Shown piece by piece: positions 36,034 through 45,594 of a stretch of 64,000 nt of DNA. The stretch's first letter is position 1; every line of letters begins with the position of its first letter. The translations under genes were made by a program, and so were the position numbers. The DNA is from a virus (taxonomy: Duplodnaviria > Caudoviricetes): IMG/VR virus record IMGVR_UViG_3300024181_000003, positions 1 through 64,000 of that record; one strand, 5' to 3'. Under the pieces are notes generated by a model that ran no database searches, was not told where the DNA came from, and saw only the letters and a program-made list of their open reading frames with translations.

Positions 36034-39000
36034 ATGGGACTCAATGACCAGCTAGCACCGCCGCCGGGATTTGGTACTCCGGTTAGCATCGCATCTGCTC
36101 CTGCAAAATCGGCAGCTGCGGCACCTGCTGCGTTAGCACCTCCACCGGGATTCGGCACGCCCGTTGACATCAACGCTCAGTCGCAAGATCAGGGACAAGA
36201 CCAGCAGTCAACGGATACGACGTACAAGCCGTTCGACACAGAAAATGTCGGTAGCTCTCTAGGCAGAATCGTTACGAACAACACTGCGGAAAAAGCAACC
36301 TACGACAAAGTCGCCAAGGAATACGAAGGTCTGTCGGACATCCTGCACGGTGATTTCCACCAAGGTATGTCCAAAATCGTTAGCGGCGGCGACGAGCCTG
36401 TCACCAACATCGGCAAGTACATTTGGGACGCAGCCAAGAAGCACACCGTTCATGCTGTCTCAGGTGAACTGACCGAAACTGCGGTCGGCGCAGCCACCCG
36501 CACAGAAGCGATGCTTCGCGGCTTCAACGACATCAAGGAAGGAAAGTACGCCGAGGGCTTGAAAGAAGTTGTCAGCGCCGCTGCGTCAAACGCAGGTATC
36601 GGCAAGAGTATCGTGCCGGGCTCAGAAGTTGAGAAGGCGTTTCGTCACTACCTGCCGAACTTCTCTGGCATGGCTATGCCGGAAGAGGACCACACTCGCA
36701 CATCTGCGCTACCGACAGTTAACATCAGCCAGTACATCGACAAGAATGCACACCCGGTCTACAAGGCAATTGCTGAAAATGCCGAAGGATTCAGCAGTCC
36801 AGAGAACATCGCCCTGATGGCCGCAACCGACGGCCTAGGTATGATCGCATCTGCAAAGCAGGCAGGCATGATGTCGAGAATGCTGTCCGCTGGTTGGACC
36901 GCGTCCGCAATCCAAGGCGCATACCAGCACATGGGCGCGTTCAAGCAGGCGTGGGACGAGGGCAACGAGCCGGAAGCACTCTACCAGTTCACGCACGGAG
37001 TTTTGAGTGGTGCGTTGGCGACCCGCGCAGGCCAGCACGCAGGCAATTTGAGCACAGAGCCGAGCCTACTCAACGGCAAGCCGGTGTTCGACAAGATCAG
37101 AAACGTTGCTATGGAGCACGGCATACTGAAACCGAACGAATCGGCAGACGCGGCGGTTCAGGCTCTCAAGCCCGGCCCGAAGTCTGTTGACCGCTTCAAG
37201 AAGGATTGGGACACTGCGGTCGGAGACATCAAGGCGTACAGCGACGAGAAGGGTCAGAAGATCAGCACGGTCGGCGACCTGCACGAAGCTGTGCCTGAGA
37301 TGAAGGATGCAATCTGGACGAAGGAAGTCGAGCCTGCGACCAACAAGCATTTGAGCGAAAAAGTCGATATGTCGCCGGTCAAAACCGCCGTTCTTGACGG
37401 AATCACCGACGAGGTTCGTGAGTTCGAACCGGTCGAGACAGCTGCTGCGGAAAAGTTCGCAGAAAAAGTCGGGAAGAGCCGCACTGTCGGGGACGCAACC
37501 GATCTTCTGACGTACATCGACGCCAAACTGAACTCGTACTTTGCAAAGAACCCGGGCGCACGTCGTGTCGATCTGTCAACCAACCCAGAGACCGCGATGT
37601 GGGAAAACGCTCGTCGCACAATCCGTGATCAGTTGTTGACTCACCTTGAGGACGCAGGCGAGGACGGAATCCGTGATGCACGTATCCGCTACGGCGCACT
37701 ATCCGGCCTAGAAGACACAATCACGTCAGCTGCTGGACGTCTGGAGAGAAATCCATACGCAACCGCATCGTTGAGCCATCTGGGTGTAGCTGGCCTGCTT
37801 GGTTCATCGGTCGGTCTTCCGCTCATGATGGCACACAGCCTGTACACAGGCGGCGTAGCTCCTGCGCTGGCAATCGGGGCAGAGTTGTTGAGACGCTACA
37901 ACAAGAACCCGAACGTTCTGACCGAACACGCAATCAAACTGGGCGAAGGTAAAGAGGCCCCGACACCGGGTGCCGCGCCTGCGCCAGTAAACTTTGGACC
38001 GGGCGGCCCACTGGGCGCAGACATGAGCCCAGACCTGCACGCCGGGCTGTCAACCTATCTCGACAAGACTGTCGGCGATCATACGCCGGAAGAACTTGAG
38101 ACGATGTTCCAGCAGAAGCTGGCCGCAAACCGTAAGGGCGGCAGAGTGCTTGACAAGACCGGCTCCGTTCACAACTCGGAAGAGCTAGAACTTTACAAGA
38201 TGCTCAACACCGAGAAGGCGAATGCTGCGGCGGCACGCCAGAAGGAAAACCAGAAGAAGCTCGACGATGCGGCCAAGGAAGAGAAGAAAGCGGCTGCGGC
38301 GGTCGAGAAGATCGGTGAAGAAGGCGAAACCAAGGCCGAGGAAAACGTTCCCGCAGCCAAGGAACTCGTGAAAGGCGCGAAGACGCCGGGCGAGAAAGCT
38401 GCGGCAGACAAAGCTGCTGCGGACAAGGCCGCTTTTGACGAAGCAAACGAAGGCAGCAACGTTAAGACCACGCCGGAATCCTTCAAGAAGACCGGAGAGG
38501 TCAAGACACCAAAGGGCGAGAACCTGAAAACCGAAGAGGGCGTCGAAGGCGACAACCTAGATGAAGACGAGCTGCAGACCGCTCAGAGCAGAACTCCTGA
38601 GACTCAGTTCCAGCAACGCTATAACATGACCGTGGACCACGCAGACGGCACCAGAACCGAGGAGCCCATCGACGCACACTCGTTCAAGCAGGCGTTGAAG
38701 CTTGGCCAGAAGAAGTTCCCTGACGCCAAGAGCATTGAGCTAGGTGCTGCGGACGTAACCCAGATACCGAGACAGCAGGGCTACGTGGTTCCGACAGGCA
38801 AGCATTTGAACACACCGGGCATGACCCGTGGCATGCCGATCGAAAAGACGATGCGACACGAGCTAGGCCACTACATGGTCGGGCACAATGAGGGCTTCGA
38901 GGCAGACGCAATCGAGCGCCACACGCACCCAGATATGCCGAAGTCGGCTAACGCAGCCATTCAGTGGAATTTGCCGGACACCACGCGTAACATAATCCAC

Positions 39001-42000
39001 AAAACGCCCGAGAGAGTCCCGGCACTTATCCGTATGATTATGGGTGGTGTAGCTGCGGACGAGGTGTTTTCTGGTGTAGGCCGCGACGAGCACGGCGTCC
39101 AGCTAGACCCGAGCCGCCCGAGTTCAGACGGCAGTTTAGCTTTGCGTATCATGAAAGAAGCCGGATTCAGCGATGATGTGGCCAAGAAGATGATGAACGA
39201 GGCCATTAACCAAGCAAAAGAACACTTGACAAAGCAGCACGTCTCGGATATAATTAACGAGAATGCCGACGTGCGCGAACCGGGCTTGTCAAAGCAGTAC
39301 CATTTCAGCGGTGAGAGATTAAAGTCGATGGGTGAAGAGGCCCAACGGAGAGCAAATGAAGGAAACAAAACAGAAGCCCCTATCAACAGAGGAGCTGGCG
39401 AAGCAGGCGATCGAGGAAATCAAGAATTCAACGCCAGAGCAGAAGCTGGCAATCCGCCAGCACCTACAGAAACAACTCCTAAAGAAGTAGCACAGGCTGC
39501 CGAGCAGCGTGGTCTGAACCGCCGCTCAGTCGGCAACCCAGAGCACGACCGCATCATCGAAAGCGCTGGTGCTATTCCTGCAGGCGTGGCCTTTCCGGGC
39601 GACCCAGAATCGGAGATCAAACTGTTCCACGACCCAAAGACGGGCTCAACGCTAGGCTTCAAGCCGGGCGAAGAGGTTACCCCGGAAGCGGTTCAGCGGA
39701 AGATGGACGCCAGCCGCAAGCAGTTCGGCGTGGCCGAAACAGTAGCGCCGGAAGAGCACGAACACCTGCTTGACCGTTGGCTGACCGAAAAAAGCGGCTA
39801 CCACCCAGACCTGCAGGCAGTGATCAAGGAAACACGTTCGCTATCCCAGACCCCAGAGGGAATCAAGAACGGCGGCGGATTCATCACACCGGACGGTCAG
39901 TTCTCGATGATGCGGCCCGGCCAGCAGCACCCACAGGTTATCGAAAGAGCCAACGCAGAGCGTCAAGGCGGCCCAGTTGACAACCGTCCCGACTTCCTGA
40001 ACGACACAGGCGCAATTCGTACTCGCTACACAGAAGGTCGTGGCGGTCCTACGCTAGCCGTGTCGATGCCGGAAGATGGTATCACGCCAGCCCAGATCAA
40101 GGCGGTCAGAATGGCCGCTGGTCAGATCGGGAGAAACGCAAACCTGATTTTGGAAACCGCAGGCAAAGAAGGCGTGGCACCCCGCTCAGAGCAGAAAGAA
40201 TTTGCCAAGGTGTCCGACGTTCAGCCGATGCTTGAAAAGCTTGGCATGATCAAGGGCCGGGACTTCGCACAGAAGGCCGTGGATTACGTCAAGGGCGGCG
40301 GATTTACTATCCACCCGAACGGACAAGTTCCGACCGAAGGCCATCAGATCGAAGTGATGCCAGAGCGTCGTAAGATTCTGTCAGGTCCGATCACCGAGGA
40401 CGCAGTCCGTCAGTACCACAACGAAAACAAAGACCTGTTCGATGAGCACCCAGAACTTCACATCGGCGGCTACAATGGCTCGCAGGGTGGTGAACTCAAC
40501 ATCTCCGCACACGGCGACCCAGAGCGTGCTGCGGCTGTTGGCAACAAGCTAGATCAGGAAGCTGCGTGGGACAATGAGAAGAAAGAACTCGTGCCGCTGC
40601 AGGGCAAGAACCAGCAGACTCAGTTCCCGAACTACCCGCTCGAACAGCGTTTGGAAGAACTCAACCCGGGTCGTAATGATTTTAACTTCGGCCACAACGT
40701 TGCTGAACCAGCAGCGCCAACAAATGAGACTCCCGATCAGCAGAAGGGTTTGATCTCTACTGCGCTACCGAAGGGCAAGAAAGCAATCGCAAACCCGCTG
40801 ACATCCGACGTACACATCGGCATCAAATCCGTAACCCCAGAGGCGATGGAGAAGATCGCAGACAAGGTCAAGGAGATGCCCGGCTTCCGTATCGCCAAGA
40901 ATCTCAAGGACCCAGTCAAGGTTGTCAACTCCTACATCCGTCAGTTCGCTGACAACTTGAAAGACGTTTACAACCGTGTTCCAGAGCAGACTCGCCAAGC
41001 CACTGCAAAGTGGTACGAGTCCGCTAACGGAATCGCAGACCGCATGGCCACACAGTTCGGCAAGACCTTGAAGCAAGGTGCTGGCGTACTGGCTGCGCTG
41101 TCTCCGCAAAAGGACTGGGACCAGAACGTGTCGCTTGCAAAGCGTGTCTACGATATCTACCACACCAAGGGCGACATGACAATGACGCCTGAGATGGAGG
41201 CCAAGGTAGGCGACTTGGTCGGTGAAGAGCAGATCGACGAAGAGACCGGCAAAAAGAACCGTAAGAACGACAAACTCGGCAAGCTTGCTGAACAGATCAA
41301 GGGCAAGACCTTCAACGAACTGCAGACTCCGCTTGAGAAGGCGGCGTTCGTACGTTTATACGACGAAGCGCACAACACCGGCGAGGGCCGCAACTTCCGT
41401 TCGATCGACCCGGGCACCGGCGAAGAGGGTGACTTTGTTCGCACAGACAAGGGCAACCCACGCAAGGTCGCTTGGGGCAGCTTGAACGAAATTGCAAAGG
41501 CGGTTTCGATTTTGGACAATGGCAGCCGTGAAAACATCAGCGACAATCTTGGCGAAGCGCACAAGGTCCGCAACTTCTATAACAACATCCTAGACCCGAA
41601 CAATCCGGCTGGACACGTCACCGTTGACACGCACGCCGTGGCTGCGGGACACCAGCGCATGTTGAGCGGAAATAGTCCAGAGGTCGGGGCAAACTTCGGC
41701 CAGTTGAGCGCCGCTGAGACCGGCTTGAAGGGCATGTACGCTGTCAACGCAGAAGCATACCGCCAAGCAGCCAAGGAACTCGGGTTACAGCCTCGACAGC
41801 TACAATCGATCGTTTGGGAAGAAATCCGTAAGCAATTCCCTGACGAGATGAAGCGTGTCGAGAAGCACCAAGACGCAATCAACGACATCTGGCAGTCCTA
41901 CAAGGACGGTAAGATCACTCAGAAAGCTGCACAGGACGCAGTCCGTGATTACGCAACCAAGGCCTACGCAGACATGGTGGCCAACAAGCCTGCGAACAAG

Positions 42001-42081
42001 GGCAAGGAAGAGCCGGGCAAAATTTCGGCGCAGCGTTTCCTATCCCTGATGTCGGGGCTTGACAAATTGGCCGGACAGTGA
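36034..42081 (+). CDS. 2015-aa multidomain (polyvalent) ejection protein with HExxH metallopeptidase and C-terminal enzymatic domain
   Basis: LAPPPGFGTPV x2; MRHELGHY...MGGVAADE; WY..AALSPQKDWDQN..KVRNFYNNI..VTVDTHA..QLQSIVW. Confidence 0.7.
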   Translation: MGLNDQLAPPPGFGTPVSIASAPAKSAAAAPAALAPPPGFGTPVDINAQSQDQGQDQQSTDTTYKPFDTENVGSSLGRIVTNNTAEKATYDKVAKEYEGLSDILHGDFHQGMSKIVSGGDEPVTNIGKYIWDAAKKHTVHAVSGELTETAVGAATRTEAMLRGFNDIKEGKYAEGLKEVVSAAASNAGIGKSIVPGSEVEKAFRHYLPNFSGMAMPEEDHTRTSALPTVNISQYIDKNAHPVYKAIAENAEGFSSPENIALMAATDGLGMIASAKQAGMMSRMLSAGWTASAIQGAYQHMGAFKQAWDEGNEPEALYQFTHGVLSGALATRAGQHAGNLSTEPSLLNGKPVFDKIRNVAMEHGILKPNESADAAVQALKPGPKSVDRFKKDWDTAVGDIKAYSDEKGQKISTVGDLHEAVPEMKDAIWTKEVEPATNKHLSEKVDMSPVKTAVLDGITDEVREFEPVETAAAEKFAEKVGKSRTVGDATDLLTYIDAKLNSYFAKNPGARRVDLSTNPETAMWENARRTIRDQLLTHLEDAGEDGIRDARIRYGALSGLEDTITSAAGRLERNPYATASLSHLGVAGLLGSSVGLPLMMAHSLYTGGVAPALAIGAELLRRYNKNPNVLTEHAIKLGEGKEAPTPGAAPAPVNFGPGGPLGADMSPDLHAGLSTYLDKTVGDHTPEELETMFQQKLAANRKGGRVLDKTGSVHNSEELELYKMLNTEKANAAAARQKENQKKLDDAAKEEKKAAAAVEKIGEEGETKAEENVPAAKELVKGAKTPGEKAAADKAAADKAAFDEANEGSNVKTTPESFKKTGEVKTPKGENLKTEEGVEGDNLDEDELQTAQSRTPETQFQQRYNMTVDHADGTRTEEPIDAHSFKQALKLGQKKFPDAKSIELGAADVTQIPRQQGYVVPTGKHLNTPGMTRGMPIEKTMRHELGHYMVGHNEGFEADAIERHTHPDMPKSANAAIQWNLPDTTRNIIHKTPERVPALIRMIMGGVAADEVFSGVGRDEHGVQLDPSRPSSDGSLALRIMKEAGFSDDVAKKMMNEAINQAKEHLTKQHVSDIINENADVREPGLSKQYHFSGERLKSMGEEAQRRANEGNKTEAPINRGAGEAGDRGNQEFNARAEAGNPPAPTETTPKEVAQAAEQRGLNRRSVGNPEHDRIIESAGAIPAGVAFPGDPESEIKLFHDPKTGSTLGFKPGEEVTPEAVQRKMDASRKQFGVAETVAPEEHEHLLDRWLTEKSGYHPDLQAVIKETRSLSQTPEGIKNGGGFITPDGQFSMMRPGQQHPQVIERANAERQGGPVDNRPDFLNDTGAIRTRYTEGRGGPTLAVSMPEDGITPAQIKAVRMAAGQIGRNANLILETAGKEGVAPRSEQKEFAKVSDVQPMLEKLGMIKGRDFAQKAVDYVKGGGFTIHPNGQVPTEGHQIEVMPERRKILSGPITEDAVRQYHNENKDLFDEHPELHIGGYNGSQGGELNISAHGDPERAAAVGNKLDQEAAWDNEKKELVPLQGKNQQTQFPNYPLEQRLEELNPGRNDFNFGHNVAEPAAPTNETPDQQKGLISTALPKGKKAIANPLTSDVHIGIKSVTPEAMEKIADKVKEMPGFRIAKNLKDPVKVVNSYIRQFADNLKDVYNRVPEQTRQATAKWYESANGIADRMATQFGKTLKQGAGVLAALSPQKDWDQNVSLAKRVYDIYHTKGDMTMTPEMEAKVGDLVGEEQIDEETGKKNRKNDKLGKLAEQIKGKTFNELQTPLEKAAFVRLYDEAHNTGEGRNFRSIDPGTGEEGDFVRTDKGNPRKVAWGSLNEIAKAVSILDNGSRENISDNLGEAHKVRNFYNNILDPNNPAGHVTVDTHAVAAGHQRMLSGNSPEVGANFGQLSAAETGLKGMYAVNAEAYRQAAKELGLQPRQLQSIVWEEIRKQFPDEMKRVEKHQDAINDIWQSYKDGKITQKAAQDAVRDYATKAYADMVANKPANKGKEEPGKISAQRFLSLMSGLDKLAGQ

Positions 42082-42087
42082 TATACT
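42059..42087 (+). promoter_or_regulatory. near-consensus sigma70 promoter inside the 3' end of the 2015-aa gene
   Basis: TTGACA-17 nt-TATACT. Confidence 0.8.
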
Positions 42088-42104
42088 GGCTCTAAGGTGA
42101 ATTT

Positions 42105-42278
42105 ATGACCGACTACGTACTAGACTACATGAAGAAAAACGACATCCCGGTGACTCGTAAGAACTACATTGAGTTGAACTGGATGGGACAGGCTGACCCA
42201 AATCAGCCGTTGCCTGCGGAACTCGAAGCCGAGATGCCGGAAGAACTGCAACATTCTGATCTCAAATCTGAGAAATAG
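42105..42278 (+). CDS. 57-aa acidic protein (candidate immunity/inhibitor)
   Basis: MTDYVLDYMKKNDIPVTRKNYIELNWMG...ELEAEMPEEL; AAGGTG RBS; below the ORF-track cutoff. Confidence 0.65.
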   Translation: MTDYVLDYMKKNDIPVTRKNYIELNWMGQADPNQPLPAELEAEMPEELQHSDLKSEK

Positions 42279-42282
42279 GTCA

Positions 42283-42828
42283 ATGCCCAATCGTATCACA
42301 GATATCAGAGATAGAAGATTCGGTAAATTGGTTGCTCTGACCTTCATGAGGAAATCATTCGCTAATGGATACGGAAAGCGAGTGGTTTGGAAGTGTCGGT
42401 GTGACTGTGGAAGAAAAACGTGGGTTGTGGGGAGCACGCTTCGTAGAGGACGACAGACCAGCTGCGGCTGCTCTCGTAGAAAGCCGCTATCGGCCCAGCG
42501 AGTACTGTATTCTCAATATCGATTCAAAGCCAAGATTAGAAACATCCGATGGTCTTTGTCTTTTAAAGATTTTTGTTTTCTGATTTCTAAACCGTGTTAT
42601 TACACAGGACGACCACCGTCAAACGTTTTTAAAATTCGTCGTAACAAAGGCCAGAAGGTGCTGATCTATAGTGGTATAGATCGATTGAACAACCGCAGAG
42701 GATACGAAAAATCAAATTGCGTTCCTTGTTGCGCCGAAGCCAATCGGGCTAAACTAGCCATGACATCAAAAGAGTTTATAAATTTGTGCAAGGCCGTGGT
42801 AAAACAATCTCAGAAAGGAGGACAATAA
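42283..42828 (+). CDS. HNH endonuclease
   Basis: FGKLVA..WKCRCDCG..SCGC; CYYTG..GIDRLNN..CVPCC..N; same family as 15983. Confidence 0.85.
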   Translation: MPNRITDIRDRRFGKLVALTFMRKSFANGYGKRVVWKCRCDCGRKTWVVGSTLRRGRQTSCGCSRRKPLSAQRVLYSQYRFKAKIRNIRWSLSFKDFCFLISKPCYYTGRPPSNVFKIRRNKGQKVLIYSGIDRLNNRRGYEKSNCVPCCAEANRAKLAMTSKEFINLCKAVVKQSQKGGQ

Positions 42829-42829
42829 C

Positions 42830-43024
42830 ATGCCAGCAACAAAAAACGGGGGCGGGGACGCCCTTGCAAGGGGCGCTATAAGAGCAAAGTTTGGACCAGC
42901 CGAGCGTAAGCTGACGGACAAGCAGTTTGAAGCTATGTTCGAAGGTTTCGATGCGGAAAAGTTCGTCAAGAACGAAGCGCCGAAGGTATCAGGCACCAAA
43001 GAAACAACTCGTAAGAGCCGTTAA
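42830..43024 (+). CDS. small hypothetical protein
   Basis: AGGAGG RBS. Confidence 0.55.
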   Translation: MPATKNGGGDALARGAIRAKFGPAERKLTDKQFEAMFEGFDAEKFVKNEAPKVSGTKETTRKSR

Positions 43025-43782
43025 AGTCTCTCCAAATCCCTCGTATACCGATCGCCGGTAGGCAACGTTGATAGCAGACGTCGCAGACCGGCGATTCTTT
43101 CCTCGATCGTTCCCGTCACATGATAACCGGCCATCCGCTCCTCGTAGGCCCAGTAGCCTTGGTGTGCCACAACTGGCTGCGCCGGATAAGCAACCTTGCC
43201 GTGCATGCTGCGAATCACCCTACGAATTAATCCGTCGTCCAGATCGCTCATCTCGTCCCACTGCGGTGGGAAGCACGTATCCAGATAGCTGCGTAGAAAC
43301 ATAAAGTAGCCGTCGTTTATGTGCGGTACCAGATTCTCCAAAAGTTCACGGGTCAAACAAGCGCCCGGGTTCGTGTAGTAGTCCCCATAAATCTCGGTGA
43401 ACTTTGAGCGGCGTCCGCACGTAGCCAGATATTTACCAGTCGCCAAAGTCTCCAAACTCCAATCCAACCATTCAGGCGTCACAGCCACGTCCTCCTCGAC
43501 CAGAAAGACCCGCTCTGCGCCCATCTCGTAGCCGTTCTTCAACGACTGCAGGATGTTCCAACAGCCGCTTGGTGCGTGGATGTGCGATTCTCTTTCGAAT
43601 ACGCCTGCGCCCCGAGGTGCGTATCTTGCGAAGACCCACATCGCCTCGTCTTTCTTTTCTTGACTGACGTCGTCGAGGAAGACCATTACCGGCGGTAGGT
43701 CGGGGATTACGTCTAGTCGTTCGAGGGTCAACGCAAGGAACTCCGGTCGGTGAGCTACGGGCATTACGATTACCGATTCCAT
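43021..43782 (-). CDS. GT-A fold glycosyltransferase
   Basis: VIVMP..R...L..L, VFLDD, FLVEEDV (DxD-like), VAHQG. Confidence 0.7.
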   Translation of the reverse strand: MESVIVMPVAHRPEFLALTLERLDVIPDLPPVMVFLDDVSQEKKDEAMWVFARYAPRGAGVFERESHIHAPSGCWNILQSLKNGYEMGAERVFLVEEDVAVTPEWLDWSLETLATGKYLATCGRRSKFTEIYGDYYTNPGACLTRELLENLVPHINDGYFMFLRSYLDTCFPPQWDEMSDLDDGLIRRVIRSMHGKVAYPAQPVVAHQGYWAYEERMAGYHVTGTIEERIAGLRRLLSTLPTGDRYTRDLERL

Positions 43783-43893
43783 TATCGCACACGACCTTTG
43801 AAGTAGTCGGCCTTGTCGCTGTTCAGTATCTGCATGGACGAGCCGTGCCAGCAGTGGTCAACAACTCTGACTCTGATGGTGAAGCTTCTCATA

Positions 43894-44139
43894 TTAGTTC
43901 TTTTTCGAACTAGAGTTGCTGCCGCTTCTGAACAGCACGCCAGCCAACATGTTGAGCACGAAGCCCTGCCAGAACGTCACCTTGGTCGCCCCGAAGACAG
44001 CCAGCACGACCGATGGTGCGAAGATGTAGCCGATCGCCCAAGCCGTGAAGAAGCCAAGCAACAGTGACAAACCGAGAAAGACAGCGGTGGCGATCACCAA
44101 CGTCATGAACAAATCAACAAACGATAGAGATTTTCCCAT
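43894..44139 (-). CDS. small membrane protein
   Basis: Hydrophobic; VTFWQGFVL motif; GGAGG RBS. Confidence 0.55.
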   Translation of the reverse strand: MGKSLSFVDLFMTLVIATAVFLGLSLLLGFFTAWAIGYIFAPSVVLAVFGATKVTFWQGFVLNMLAGVLFRSGSNSSSKKN

Positions 44140-44214
44140 ACACCCTCCTATGAACTTGAGTCGTTCGCCGAAGGCCCCCAGCATGTAGGGAGGACCCTCG
44201 ACACTCGAATCGAG

Positions 44215-44934
44215 TTACGGTTTTTGGCCGCTGCCAGTGCCCGGGGTCTGCTTAGGACCGTTGCCGGGGAATGGCGGCTTGTTGACATCGTGTCCGCCGT
44301 TCACTCCACCGTTGCCGGGGATGCCGCAGTCTTGAATACAGTGACCGCCCGGAGGTGGGTTTCCCCCGCCTCCACCAGTACCTCCTCCAGTTCCGCCACC
44401 GCCGCCATTACCGCCTCCCGAGCCTCCGCTGCCGCCAGAGCCGCCTCCTGACCCACTTCCACCACCGCTACCGCCGTTTCCTCCACCATTGCCGCCTCCT
44501 GTGCCACCGCCATTTCCACCGCCGTTACCACCGCCTCCACCTGATGGTGGCTTCGGGGGCTTGACCGTTGGCTTGTGTGCGCCCGGGTGCGTGCCGTAAG
44601 AGAAACAGCCAAGAGGGCTGACGGTCTGAATGAAGGCCGACAGCTTAGGGTGTTTCTGGTACAGACGGTACGCCAGATAGTTGCCGCCGATCAAAATCGG
44701 AAGACCGATCTCGGCTGCAGTCGCCGGGTTCGCTGCCAATCCAATTCCAACTCCGCACGTTGCGCCTGCAATGGCCGCGCGGACGATAAACGGCTTCTTG
44801 GGCCGCTTCGATTTTGCTACAACTGCCGGGCCCGATGGCTGCGTGCCTGCTCCCGCTGGTTCTTGCGCCAAAGCGCCGCCAGCAAGCAACAGAAACGAAG
44901 CCGCTAGTACGAGACATTTGTCCTTGATATTCAT
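44215..44934 (-). CDS. exported Gly-rich protein
   Basis: Signal peptide, hydrophobic segment, about 60-residue GGGN/GGSG tract, Pro-rich ends. Confidence 0.65.
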   Translation of the reverse strand: MNIKDKCLVLAASFLLLAGGALAQEPAGAGTQPSGPAVVAKSKRPKKPFIVRAAIAGATCGVGIGLAANPATAAEIGLPILIGGNYLAYRLYQKHPKLSAFIQTVSPLGCFSYGTHPGAHKPTVKPPKPPSGGGGGNGGGNGGGTGGGNGGGNGGSGGGSGSGGGSGGSGGSGGGNGGGGGTGGGTGGGGGNPPPGGHCIQDCGIPGNGGVNGGHDVNKPPFPGNGPKQTPGTGSGQKP

Positions 44935-44995
44935 AGGTTCGTATCCTTCACTCGTCGCAGCCGCCCGGTAATCCTATTTTGGGGCGGTCTGTTTG

Positions 44996-45367
44996 CTACA
45001 GAGATTCTGGTGACACAAGCTTGGTTACTGTGAATCCCAAATTCTCAAGATCGTTGGCCATTTCGGCGACATCGGTGTCGGTCAACTTCATCGCCAGCCG
45101 GGGTTCGTAGGTCCACTTGGTATCCTCACCCTTAAATCCATAGAAGTATTTCTTGCCCGACTGCAGAATGTAGGTGGCTGTTTTGGCCTCGATCTCGTAG
45201 CGGCGTTGGCGCTCGACCTCGATGCGCTTGGTGAACTGCTGAACCGTCTCGCCGTAATAGACCTGCTTGAACCGGTTATGGTGCTGAACTACCGGGATGT
45301 TATTAGCGCCGATCTCTTTCAGATAGGCCTCGGCGATTACGTGAACGTCTTCGTGAAATTTGCTCAT
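44996..45367 (-). CDS. hypothetical protein
   Basis: AGAGG RBS; phage codon usage. Confidence 0.55.
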   Translation of the reverse strand: MSKFHEDVHVIAEAYLKEIGANNIPVVQHHNRFKQVYYGETVQQFTKRIEVERQRRYEIEAKTATYILQSGKKYFYGFKGEDTKWTYEPRLAMKLTDTDVAEMANDLENLGFTVTKLVSPESL

Positions 45368-45378
45368 ATATCCTCTTT

Positions 45379-45594
45379 CTACTTTTCTCGTTCGCAATCA
45401 ACAACCACGTACGGGCCGGAAGCCGGGTTGAGCACATGGACGGTCGGTGCCTTGTGATCGAGACAGGTCACCACGATTCGCTGCTGCGCCACCTCGTACT
45501 TCAAATTCTCTTGGACAGTGGCGTAGCAGCAGGCGGCCATGAAGAGAAAGAGTGCAATAATCCGCTTGATGCCGAGAATCCTGAGATGCTTCAT
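45379..45594 (-). CDS. small exported or membrane protein
   Basis: Basic N-terminus, hydrophobic core, Cys pair; coupled to the integrase stop. Confidence 0.45.
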   Translation of the reverse strand: MKHLRILGIKRIIALFLFMAACCYATVQENLKYEVAQQRIVVTCLDHKAPTVHVLNPASGPYVVVDCEREK

